From Candidatus Methanoperedens sp. (GTDB lineage: Archaea > Halobacteriota > Methanosarcinia > Methanosarcinales > Methanoperedenaceae): DNA of 32,000 nucleotides. The notes beneath the pieces were generated by a model. The model ran no database searches. It saw only the letters and a program-made list of their open reading frames with translations, and had not been told where the DNA came from. Numbering within the stretch: the first letter of the stretch is position 1; each line of letters begins with the position of its first letter. Where the stretch lies: contig JBAQLI010000086.1 in NCBI GenBank assembly GCA_049301735.1, positions 45,295 to 77,294 on the forward strand, in the 5' to 3' direction. Position numbers and translations under genes: made by a program. This document shows, in pieces, positions 1 through 8,302 of this stretch.

Positions 1-321
1 TAGTACCTTTTTTCTTCGATCATTGAGCTTATTAATCAGTAATATATTTTCATTAAACAAATCCAGAGCTTCCTTGCGACTCATAGTTGAATGAATATGA
101 CCAAGTAAAATCTCTTGTAACCTTAGGTTCTCTCTTTCTAATTCACTTATTTTCTGTTCTATATTTTCATAATTTCTAAACCATTTGCCCTCAAAATGAA
201 TGTCAAGATTTGAGCATTTATGAGCTTCAGGTAAATGATGTTCATCACAAAAAATACCACTACATCTTTTGCATTTAAAAGGCATACAATTTATAGATTT
301 TTTACAATATTCACACAACAT
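1..321 (-). CDS. AN1-type zinc-finger protein, N-terminal 107 codons (C-terminus lies beyond the left window edge)
   Basis: Not in the supplied ORF track because there is no stop in the window. My own reverse-strand translation from the ATG at 321-319 gives MLCEYCKKSINCMPFKCKRCSGIFCDEHHLPEAHKCSNLDIHFEGKWFRNYENIEQKISELERENLRLQEILL... This fits the AN1 pattern C-x2-C-x10-C-x2-C-x4-C-x2-H-x5-H-x-C and continues into a heptad-like coiled coil. There is no in-frame stop down to position 1. Confidence 0.6.
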   Translation of the reverse strand, partial: MLCEYCKKSINCMPFKCKRCSGIFCDEHHLPEAHKCSNLDIHFEGKWFRNYENIEQKISELERENLRLQEILLGHIHSTMSRKEALDLFNENILLINKLNDRRKKVL

Positions 322-369
322 AATTTTACTCTCTTTTAAATTTTGGTAGTTAGTTGATAAATTTTTATT

Positions 370-594
370 TCAATTAATTGATAATATAATATATATACTG
401 GCTATAATGCCAAGAAACATTATAAAAATCAAGATTGTATTTGGATTATCTGAATCCGAGTAATTATTTGTTCTTCTATTTGTTTTGCGTCCCCACTCGT
501 TCTTATAAATTATTTGAGATACTCCAGGAATTGAGTATGTATCTACTCTTCGATTCATATTACGTTTTTTTGATCCCCAATTTATCTCGGGCAT
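370..594 (-). CDS. hypothetical small protein with C-terminal transmembrane helix
   Basis: 74-aa ORF with a polar/basic N-part and a C-terminal hydrophobic run ILIFIMFLGIIASIYIILSI. It is co-directional and tightly packed between the 46-aa Cys-rich ORF and the AN1 gene. No family recognised. Confidence 0.35.
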   Translation of the reverse strand: MPEINWGSKKRNMNRRVDTYSIPGVSQIIYKNEWGRKTNRRTNNYSDSDNPNTILIFIMFLGIIASIYIILSIN

Positions 595-613
595 TTATTC
601 CTCAATTGAGTTA

Positions 614-754
614 TTAAGTATAACTGAACTTGCCGTTATCGCACCAATTATATTGATGTTTTATATTACTGTGAATATCGCAGTTTCCAAATTCACGATT
701 TGCCATGCCTTCATGACCTATAAAATGCCAAAATTTACAATTACTACATTCCAT
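614..754 (-). CDS. hypothetical 46-aa Cys-rich (possible zinc-ribbon) protein
   Basis: Below the ORF-track length cutoff. My translation is MECSNCKFWHFIGHEGMANREFGNCDIHSNIKHQYNWCDNGKFSYT*, with CxxC plus two further Cys and several His. Same strand as the two downstream genes. Confidence 0.3.
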   Translation of the reverse strand: MECSNCKFWHFIGHEGMANREFGNCDIHSNIKHQYNWCDNGKFSYT

Positions 755-808
755 ATTTCATCTAATAATAAGTAAAATTGTTTTTATATAAACATTTCTT
801 ATATTTAT

Positions 809-2527
809 ATGAGCATGATATTTTTTCCTGCGATGACTATATTTTTATACACTATGTTGTTATTTATTAAATATAATTATTCAAATGAAGGTGTTTTCTT
901 TAGAAAAAGGAATCAATATAAATCTCCATCGACAGGAGAGTGTTATATTTGCGAAAAACGGATTTTAATTCCATTTAGATGCAAAAGATGTAGTGGGATA
1001 TTTTGTAATGACCATCGTTTACCCGAAAATCATTCATGTTTTTCAAATAGAAAATTTATTAAACAAGCTCAAGAATATCCAGAAAATGAAATATCTTCAA
1101 CTAGGAATCTCAGTAAAGAAGAAATATTTAAAGAATTGCAACTGATAAAAAAATGTAAAAAACGGTTTATTTCTGAAATGAATGACTATGTGGATAGGGG
1201 GTTGTTAGATAAACGACATGAGATATTAAAAAAAATATCTGCCTTAGACAAAGAAGAAAAAGAACTTGAAGTTATTTTGAGGCCTATTAATATCGACAGA
1301 AAAATTCCTCTAAAGCCTCTTGATTATGAAACGAAAAGTTTGGTTATCAAACGAATGGAGGAAAATAAAATAAGTGAAGAAGAAAATAATATTATAATAA
1401 ATACCCCATCCCAGGTTGAAAAGATTAAATCAAAGGACAAAGATTTTGCAAACATTTTACAGGAACTTCCAACTGAAGCCTTAGTGCAAGAATCCAATAA
1501 AGCTGATACGATTTCTAAATCAGAGAGTCGTTCTAGATATAATATGTATGGTATTATATTTATAATTATTATACTGTTGTCTGCAATACTTGTAGCAGTA
1601 AACATTAATAATCCAAACTCTTCAAATTCAAACCGCAGTATTCCAGTTAATGTTCCAGTTAATGAACTGCAACAAGATTCTAGTACATCAATAGTAGGTA
1701 CATGGAAATTTGAAAATTCTCAAGGTATCATATCAACCGTTGTTTTTAATAAAGATGGTAATGCTGTAATCAATGGTAAACCATTTAAATATAATATTTC
1801 TGAAAGTAATTTAATCTTAAAAGATAATAAATCCAGTAGTGCTATTCCTTTTATATTAATAGATGGAAACAATTTGCTTTTGAAACTAAAGGGAACTAAT
1901 TATGATAATTACGTAAATATAATAAAAAATCCAATAGATAAGTCAAATCATGTTGTTGCACCAACCCCAATCGCTACTGTTGAAATTAAAGTAGAGCAGA
2001 ATTTTGAGTCATCAATTGAAAAAGCAATAGTTGGATGGTGGAATGAAAATAAGCCTAAAGCAGAATTTAATTCAGCAACTTATGAAATTGAGACTATGGT
2101 TTTTAATAAAGTGAATGAGGAAAGAAAGAAACAAGGACTACAAGCATTGAAATCTGAACCTAAGATAGCAGAGGTTGCGAGATTACATAGTTTGGATATG
2201 GCAAATAGGAGTTATTTTTCCCATGTAAATCCAGAGGGAGAAGACCCTACAATGAGGGCAAAAAAGCGAGGTATAGAAACTGAGACACAGAAAGGGTCAG
2301 TTATAATGGTTGGAATCGCTGAAAACATAGGAATGATGCCGACAGGAAATGTCGAAGGAAATGGATATGTCAGTTCCTCAAACGATGTAGCCAATGCTAT
2401 GATGAGGGGCTGGATGAATAGCCCTGGACATCGTGCAAATATCTTAAATGTTGATTATAATTTCATTGGAGTTGGTGTAGCATACAATGGATATGGCACT
2501 TATTACTTAACTCAAGATTTCAAATGA
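809..2527 (+). CDS. AN1 zinc finger / single-pass membrane / extracytoplasmic CAP (SCP/PR1, YkwD-like) domain protein
   Basis: 572-aa ORF. AN1 finger CYICEKRILIPFRCKRCSGIFCNDHRLPENHSC, then a K/E-rich helical stretch and one hydrophobic helix YGIIFIIIILLSAILVAV. C-terminal CAP signature: LHSLDMANRSYFSHVNPEGE ... AENIG ... GWMNSPGHRANILNVDYNFIGVGVA. The true start among M1/M3/M9/M16 is unresolved. Confidence 0.7.
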   Translation: MSMIFFPAMTIFLYTMLLFIKYNYSNEGVFFRKRNQYKSPSTGECYICEKRILIPFRCKRCSGIFCNDHRLPENHSCFSNRKFIKQAQEYPENEISSTRNLSKEEIFKELQLIKKCKKRFISEMNDYVDRGLLDKRHEILKKISALDKEEKELEVILRPINIDRKIPLKPLDYETKSLVIKRMEENKISEEENNIIINTPSQVEKIKSKDKDFANILQELPTEALVQESNKADTISKSESRSRYNMYGIIFIIIILLSAILVAVNINNPNSSNSNRSIPVNVPVNELQQDSSTSIVGTWKFENSQGIISTVVFNKDGNAVINGKPFKYNISESNLILKDNKSSSAIPFILIDGNNLLLKLKGTNYDNYVNIIKNPIDKSNHVVAPTPIATVEIKVEQNFESSIEKAIVGWWNENKPKAEFNSATYEIETMVFNKVNEERKKQGLQALKSEPKIAEVARLHSLDMANRSYFSHVNPEGEDPTMRAKKRGIETETQKGSVIMVGIAENIGMMPTGNVEGNGYVSSSNDVANAMMRGWMNSPGHRANILNVDYNFIGVGVAYNGYGTYYLTQDFK

Positions 2528-2545
2528 TTATAGGAAGAGGTTAAA

Positions 2546-2971
2546 ATGACCATTTATAAAAGAAGGCGAGGAACAGCAATTGTGGAAACTTCTAAAGGCA
2601 TTTTACTAGTTGCAGGCAGAAGTAAATTATTTATCTTACCTGGTGGCGGAGCCGAGAAGGACGAAACCAGAACAGAAGCTGCAATCCGAGAGTTAAGAGA
2701 AGAAACAGGTTTAATTGCTAATTATTCAAAAGTTCTCTTCAGATACATTGGAAGTGTCCACAAATCACATTCTGGCGGTTTCTTTCGAGATTATCATACT
2801 GTTTGCTTAATTAAAGCTGATGGAATTCCCAGACCAAAACATGAAATAAGATATGTTGAATTTTATGTTCCTGCTGACACTGCTTCAGAACTCAAAATTT
2901 CAAGAAATACAAAGGAAATAATCGACATTTTTTATGAATCTAAAAATGAATATCTTACTTATAAGGGGTGA
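2546..2971 (+). CDS. NUDIX hydrolase
   Basis: 141 aa. Nudix box GGGAEKDETRTEAAIRELREETGL (G-x5-E-x7-REUxEExGU). gaggt ribosome-binding site just upstream. Confidence 0.85.
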   Translation: MTIYKRRRGTAIVETSKGILLVAGRSKLFILPGGGAEKDETRTEAAIRELREETGLIANYSKVLFRYIGSVHKSHSGGFFRDYHTVCLIKADGIPRPKHEIRYVEFYVPADTASELKISRNTKEIIDIFYESKNEYLTYKG

Positions 2972-3669
2972 AGATTTTGGCGCACTACTTAATAGAGTTT
3001 AGATTTCATGGTTATGCAAAATGGTATGCTAAAAATTTAATCTATGATGTAGCAAGGAAATTCAATGTTAGAGGTGTTACACAAAAAAAAGCTGTTCCTC
3101 ATATTTCTCTATTCGGGCCCTTTCAGACCAATGATGAGAGGAGGCTCGTATCAGAGATTATTTCAGTTGGAAATAGATATGATTTAGTTCCTTTTAGGAT
3201 AAAAGGGTTTGATTTTTTTAACAATCAAAACAAGGTTATTTATTTGGATATTAGACCATCTGAAGAATTAAAATGCTTAAGAAGAGACCTTGCTTACAAA
3301 TTATTAAAATTTTCAAATTCAAAGGCGATTGACAATAATCATGATTTTACCTTTCATGCTACTGTTGCTTTCAAAGACATTGATTATAAATTTGACCGAA
3401 TTTGGAATTATATTCAGGAGAAACAGGAACCTGAAATACATCAACATCTTTTAAGAATTACGATAATAAAAAATAGTAAAATTCTATATGAATATGATTT
3501 GATGCAGAAAAGGTTAATGAATCGCAGACAGGCTTTAAGTAAATTATACTGGAACAAAACAATCGAGTTGTTAAAACACAAAACACCAGATTTTCATCAA
3601 GACATAGATGTTAATCAAAAACATGAGAGTTTTTGGGATAAAATAAAGAGTATTTTAAAATTTAATTAA
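2968..3669 (+). CDS. 2H phosphoesterase superfamily protein (LigT / cyclic phosphodiesterase-like)
   Basis: 233 aa. The GTG start overlaps the Nudix stop (GTGA). Two H-x-S/T-x motifs, PHISLF (His45) and FHATVAF (His130), lie 85 residues apart, which is the 2H-fold hallmark. The extra C-terminal ~70 aa are unassigned. Confidence 0.6.
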   Translation: MKILAHYLIEFRFHGYAKWYAKNLIYDVARKFNVRGVTQKKAVPHISLFGPFQTNDERRLVSEIISVGNRYDLVPFRIKGFDFFNNQNKVIYLDIRPSEELKCLRRDLAYKLLKFSNSKAIDNNHDFTFHATVAFKDIDYKFDRIWNYIQEKQEPEIHQHLLRITIIKNSKILYEYDLMQKRLMNRRQALSKLYWNKTIELLKHKTPDFHQDIDVNQKHESFWDKIKSILKFN

Positions 3670-3722
3670 CATTAAATTATAATATTTATATGGAAATCGC
3701 TATATGATGGATTGAAAAACGC

Positions 3723-4703
3723 ATGAGCTCTTTGACTATTGGAAAATTGAAACTTGATGGAAATCTTGTTCTTGCACCGATGTCTGGTGTTACAAACCTT
3801 CCATCCAGGCTCCTTTGCAGGAAGTATGGTGCATCTCTTGTGTATTCCGAGATGACATCTTCTGAAGCAGTAGTGCGGCAAAGCCTGAAAAGCATAGAAA
3901 GGGGTTTTACCTGCAAAGACGAAAGACCGATGGGAATACAATTAATGGGTTCTGTTCCAAAAAATCTTGCTGCATCTGCAATATTTTTGCAGGAAAAATT
4001 CAGACCTGAACTCATTGATATAAATTTTGGCTGCCCTGCACAGGGTGTTATAAAAAATGGATGCGGATCAGAACTTTTAAAAAAACCCGGACTGATAGGG
4101 GAGATCATAAGAATGCTTTCGGATTCCCTGGATATACCGCTCACAGCTAAAATAAGAATATCAGATAACTTTGATGAAACATTAAAAATAGCAGAAATTA
4201 TTGAAAAATCAGGTGCGGATGCGATCACAGTCCACGGAAGAACGCAAAAACAGGGCTATTCAGGGAAATCCGATCTTGATTTTATCAAAGGCATTAAAAA
4301 TGAGCTTACGATCCCGGTTATGGCGAACGGGGATATCTTTGATGAAAAAACTTCACAAAATGTGCTTGAATATACCAGGTGCGACGGGCTTATGATAGGG
4401 CGTGCCGCGATTGGCAATCCGTTTATTTTTAAGAAGATCTCTTATTTTTTAAAAACCGGGGAAATATTGCCTTCCCAGAATACGGAAGAAAGATTGGCTG
4501 ATTTTTTCGATTACATAAAACTATGCCGCAATTATGGTATGCTTACGTTTAATGATATGAAGCGCAATGCCCAGTGGTTTACAAAAGGCATGGAAAACGT
4601 GAAACAGGTTCGTATGGAAATAAACAAGACCCGTGATATTGATTCAATTATGGCGATCATGAATGATTTAAAGGATTCTGCTTCTTTAAATTTCGAATCC
4701 TAA
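3723..4703 (+). CDS. dus: tRNA-dihydrouridine synthase
   Basis: 326 aa. Dus FMN TIM-barrel motifs LAPMSGVTNLPSR, INFGCPA, AITVHGRT and ANGDI. Confidence 0.85.
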   Translation: MSSLTIGKLKLDGNLVLAPMSGVTNLPSRLLCRKYGASLVYSEMTSSEAVVRQSLKSIERGFTCKDERPMGIQLMGSVPKNLAASAIFLQEKFRPELIDINFGCPAQGVIKNGCGSELLKKPGLIGEIIRMLSDSLDIPLTAKIRISDNFDETLKIAEIIEKSGADAITVHGRTQKQGYSGKSDLDFIKGIKNELTIPVMANGDIFDEKTSQNVLEYTRCDGLMIGRAAIGNPFIFKKISYFLKTGEILPSQNTEERLADFFDYIKLCRNYGMLTFNDMKRNAQWFTKGMENVKQVRMEINKTRDIDSIMAIMNDLKDSASLNFES

Positions 4704-4787
4704 TCTAAATAATGATGTAATTTTTAATAAATCTAGGTTAGGTTTATTAACCCCTTATGAGCATTATAATCTATATCATATAAATGA

Positions 4788-4795
4788 TTATATAA
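4788..4795 (+). promoter_or_regulatory. TATA-box-like element upstream of minD
   Basis: TTATATAA lies 21 nt upstream of the ATG at 4816. This spacing would give a leaderless or near-leaderless transcript. Sequence pattern only. Confidence 0.3.
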
Positions 4796-4815
4796 TTAAT
4801 GTAGAAGGACTCATC

Positions 4816-5604
4816 ATGACAGCACATGTATATACGATAGCTTCAGGAAAAGGTGGTACGGGCAAAACCACTACCACACTCAATCTTGGAACAGCTCTGG
4901 CTCTTTTGGGAAAGAAGACAGTAGTTCTCGATGCAGATATTGGTATGGCAAACCTGGGTCTTTTGATCGGCCTTGAAAGAAGCAAAATAACGCTGCATGA
5001 AGTAATGAGCGGCAGCGCTAATATAAAAGAGGCTATTTACGATGGTCCTGGCGGCCTTAAAGTGGTACCCAGCGGCTTATCATTGAAAGGATTCCAGAAA
5101 TCAAATCCTGATATATTGAAAGATGTTATGTCCACTCTTGTTGATGGAATGGATTTTCTATTGATAGATGCTCCTGCTGGCATTAGCAGGGATGGAGTTA
5201 TTCCGCTTGCTGTTGCCGACGAGGTTATTCTGGTTGTGAATCCCGAACTTGCATCAATGGCAGATGCATTGAAAACCAAAGCACTGACTGAAATGCTGGG
5301 GAGGACTGTAGAAGGTGCTATTTTGAATCGTGCAACTCTTGAGAAAACGGAAATAAACCGCAATAAAGTATCCGAACTTCTGGGTGTAAAAATACTTGAA
5401 ATGATACCAGAGGATCCAAATGTGAGACTTTCAGCAGCGTTCAAGACGCCAATAGTCGTGAAATATCCGAATTCTCATGCATCCATAGCATACAAGAGGC
5501 TTGCTGCCCAACTTGCAGGAGAGAAATACATAGAACCAACAGTGGAAAAAGATAGGGAGGGTTTCGTTGATCGTCTTGTAAAATCTGTTTTTGGAGGAAA
5601 ATAG
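4816..5604 (+). CDS. minD: MinD/ParA-family septum-site / positioning ATPase
   Basis: 262 aa. Deviant Walker A ASGKGGTGKTTT, plus VLDADIGMANL and LLIDAPAG. The C-terminal amphipathic GFVDRLVKSVFGGK resembles the bacterial MinD membrane-targeting tail (GFLKRLFGG). Confidence 0.85.
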   Translation: MTAHVYTIASGKGGTGKTTTTLNLGTALALLGKKTVVLDADIGMANLGLLIGLERSKITLHEVMSGSANIKEAIYDGPGGLKVVPSGLSLKGFQKSNPDILKDVMSTLVDGMDFLLIDAPAGISRDGVIPLAVADEVILVVNPELASMADALKTKALTEMLGRTVEGAILNRATLEKTEINRNKVSELLGVKILEMIPEDPNVRLSAAFKTPIVVKYPNSHASIAYKRLAAQLAGEKYIEPTVEKDREGFVDRLVKSVFGGK

Positions 5605-5605
5605 A

Positions 5606-5794
5606 ATGGATATTCTAACCATAATTCTAATTGTTATACTTTTTTTTGCATTTATTTTTATTTATTTGATGTCTGTCAGGATGAGACAATTGGAAAATGA
5701 ACTTCGTGAAGTGAAGAGCAGGATTTCCATTACAGATGAAGAGCTTACACGCTTATCACATGATATAGAGGATTTCAAGAAGATAAATATATAA
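5606..5794 (+). CDS. hypothetical 62-aa membrane-anchored coiled-coil protein
   Basis: I prefer the ATG at 5606 over the track start (TTG 5591). GGAGGA at 5593-5598 sits 7 nt upstream, and the ATG is 1 nt after the minD stop. The N-terminal helix ILTIILIVILFFAFIFIYLM is followed by a charged helical tail. Confidence 0.45.
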   Translation: MDILTIILIVILFFAFIFIYLMSVRMRQLENELREVKSRISITDEELTRLSHDIEDFKKINI

Positions 5795-5857
5795 TAATAT
5801 ATAAATTATTATATAAACTCATAAAGTTGAAAAAAAATCTGAAAAGGCAATGTAAAA

Positions 5858-8302
5858 ATGGTTCAAATGGAAAATAAGTCGGAATCAGAAGAAAATGTGA
5901 AGTTAAGCTCAGAGCTATCAGGATCCAGAAAGGGAAGAAAGCGAAAGGGAATTAGAAAAGATAAGGTATTATCCGAAAAAAATCAAACTCCGGAAATTGT
6001 TTTAAAACCTGATAAGCCGATTGAAAAGCCGGAACATGATGAGAATAAAAACAAAATAAATGTTACCGAAAAAGAATCTTCCGGGGAAAAACATCAAGAT
6101 CTGAAATCAGACAAAGAACCCAAAGAAGTAACTAAAGAAGAATCTAAAGAAGAACCTAAAGAAGTAGCTAAAGAAGAATCTAAAGAAGAGCTTAAAGAAG
6201 AACCTAAAGAAGAACTTAAAGAAGTAGCTAAAGAATCTAAAGAAGAGCCTATAAAAAGATCGGATGAAACAACGACTAAAAAGGAAACAAAACCTCCCGT
6301 AGGAAGTTCAAATAATGGGAATCCGAAAGAATTGCCGGGTGTGGATGAACATAAGACCGAAATAAAAAATATATCTGAACCAGATAAAGTATCAGGAAAA
6401 GATATAGAAAAAAATTCTTCATCAATTGATGGAAAGGTTATAGAAGAGAAAAAACCTGAAAAACTTTCCGAAAATAAAACAGGAAATAAAAAGCCTGCGG
6501 GTGATAAAAAAGCGGGAAAACCAGCCCGTGAAGAAAAACGGCCTTCTGAAGAAATGGGCGCCATTATGCAGCGCCTTGGTGTTGATACAACAAAAGATCT
6601 CATAAAAGAAAAGATGACCGCTGAAAAGCAGGCTGTTTATGAGATTTTGGAAGATAAATTAGTTTCGGATATTGAAACCCGGGTAAAGAAACTAGCTGAA
6701 ATGCAATCCCTGGATAATGTGGAAAAACCCAAATCCCTGATGGGAAAAATTAAACTGGTACTCACAAAGGAAGAAAGCGATAAGGAATTATACGATCCTT
6801 CTGTTCATGGGCCGCTTGTAATGTATGATGGTATTAGCGGGTATAATGAACTGGAACGCTACTGGGTTAATGAACCATATGCTTTAGTGGTAATTTTGTT
6901 TAATCCTGAAAAGAATTCAAACCTGTATTACGTAGTTGAACCAAAACTTTCTGATTTTGAGGAGCTATTCCTCAAGGAAATAAAAGACAGGTTAAAAGAC
7001 GTCCTTCTTTTTGAAGATATTAAAAGTGAAGAAGATAAAAATAAAACCCTTACAGATAAAGTTAAAAAGCTAGTTAAAGAATATTCAATAGATGTAAGCC
7101 CTTTAACAACTGAAAAAATATTATATTATACGCGCAGGGATTTTATAAAATTTGGTAAAATTGATCCTCTAATGCATGATGACAGGATTGAAGATGTTTC
7201 AGCGAATGGTTTTGGTGTTCCTATTTATTTATATCATAAGAAATATACCAATCTGGCAACAAATGTAGTTTATAGGGAAGACGAATTGGATTCTTATGTT
7301 ATACGGCTTGCCCAGCGGTGCGGAAAGCATATTTCAGTCGCAGAACCGATGATCGACGCAACTATGCCTGACGGCTCACGCATCCAGATGACACTCGGAA
7401 AAAATATAACAACTCATGGAGCTACTTTTACTATCCGAAAGTTCAGTGAGGTCCCGATAACACCAGTCGACCTGATAAACTGGAATACGTTCTCAGCCGA
7501 GGAAATGGCCTATCTGTGGCTTTGCATCGAAAACAATAAGAGTCTTATTTATGCTGGCGGTACAGCTTCAGGAAAGACTTCTTCTCTTAATGCGGTTTCA
7601 TTGTTTATTCCCTGGCAGGCCAAGATCATCACGCTTGAAGATACACGGGAATTAAAACTGCCTCATCCTAACTGGATACCGGGTGTAACGAGAGATTCCT
7701 TTACTGCTGATGGAAAAGGGACTATCGATATGTACGACCTGCTAAAAGCTGCACTCAGGCAGAGGCCGGAATTCCTTCTGGTGGGTGAAGTCAGAGGTAA
7801 GGAAGCACTGACACTTTTCCAGGCCATGAGTACAGGTCATACAACATTTTCAACTATGCACGCCGATTCGGTTTCAAGCGCCATTCACAGGCTTGAGAAT
7901 CCGCCTATCAGTGTTCCCAGGACCATGATACAGGCACTTAATATAATTAGCATTCAGTCGCAAACATTCGTAAAAGGAAAAAGGGCGCGACGAAATATGA
8001 AACTTGTTGAGATCACTGATATTGACCCGACAACGAGGAACATCAGGACCAATGATATTTTTGCATGGGATGCACTGACCGATAAATTCAACAGGGTTGG
8101 AGAATCAAAAGCGCTCAACGAAATAATGGTACGAAGGGGCTGGAATATTGCAGATTTGAAAAAAGAATTAATGAACAGACAAAAAATTCTCGAGTTCATG
8201 GTAAATAATAAAATATCTGATTTTAATGCGATAGCCACTATCATTCATGATTACCAGGTCACTCCAGACAAAGTACTCAAGAAATTATTGATATCCGGAT
8301 GA
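5858..8302 (+). CDS. type II/IV secretion-family ATPase (archaeal FlaI/PilB/TadA-like) with a ~330-aa N-terminal extension
   Basis: 814 aa. The core starts near residue 335 (ERYWVNEPYALVVI...YYVVEPKLS). Walker A GGTASGKTSSLNA, Asp box ITLEDTRELKL, Walker B region EFLLVGEVRGKEA, His box STMHA. Residues 1-230 are K/E/P-rich low complexity. Confidence 0.85.
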   Translation: MVQMENKSESEENVKLSSELSGSRKGRKRKGIRKDKVLSEKNQTPEIVLKPDKPIEKPEHDENKNKINVTEKESSGEKHQDLKSDKEPKEVTKEESKEEPKEVAKEESKEELKEEPKEELKEVAKESKEEPIKRSDETTTKKETKPPVGSSNNGNPKELPGVDEHKTEIKNISEPDKVSGKDIEKNSSSIDGKVIEEKKPEKLSENKTGNKKPAGDKKAGKPAREEKRPSEEMGAIMQRLGVDTTKDLIKEKMTAEKQAVYEILEDKLVSDIETRVKKLAEMQSLDNVEKPKSLMGKIKLVLTKEESDKELYDPSVHGPLVMYDGISGYNELERYWVNEPYALVVILFNPEKNSNLYYVVEPKLSDFEELFLKEIKDRLKDVLLFEDIKSEEDKNKTLTDKVKKLVKEYSIDVSPLTTEKILYYTRRDFIKFGKIDPLMHDDRIEDVSANGFGVPIYLYHKKYTNLATNVVYREDELDSYVIRLAQRCGKHISVAEPMIDATMPDGSRIQMTLGKNITTHGATFTIRKFSEVPITPVDLINWNTFSAEEMAYLWLCIENNKSLIYAGGTASGKTSSLNAVSLFIPWQAKIITLEDTRELKLPHPNWIPGVTRDSFTADGKGTIDMYDLLKAALRQRPEFLLVGEVRGKEALTLFQAMSTGHTTFSTMHADSVSSAIHRLENPPISVPRTMIQALNIISIQSQTFVKGKRARRNMKLVEITDIDPTTRNIRTNDIFAWDALTDKFNRVGESKALNEIMVRRGWNIADLKKELMNRQKILEFMVNNKISDFNAIATIIHDYQVTPDKVLKKLLISG
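6116..6250 (+). repeat. imperfect in-frame 12-nt tandem repeat (consensus GAAGAANCTAAA, ~11 units)
   Basis: The DNA reads gaa ccc aaa / gaa gta act aaa / gaa gaa tct aaa / gaa gaa cct aaa / gaa gta gct aaa ... It encodes KEPKEVTKEESKEEPKEVAKEESKEELKEEPKEELKEVAKESKEEP inside the ATPase N-terminal extension. Confidence 0.85.

Noticed and set aside
3672-4228. 89-aa and 180-aa minus-strand ORFs
   Set aside because: They are antisense to the dus gene, which has clear FMN-barrel motifs, and they have no recognisable features.
5037-5444. 135-aa minus-strand ORF
   Set aside because: It is antisense to minD. This and the other antisense ORFs inside the aminotransferase, asd, PurM-like and cytochrome genes were rejected for the same reason.
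6094-6603. 169-aa Ser/Leu/Phe-rich minus-strand ORF
   Set aside because: It is the mirror image of the GAA/AAA-rich K/E repeat region, an artefact of low-complexity sequence lacking antisense stops.
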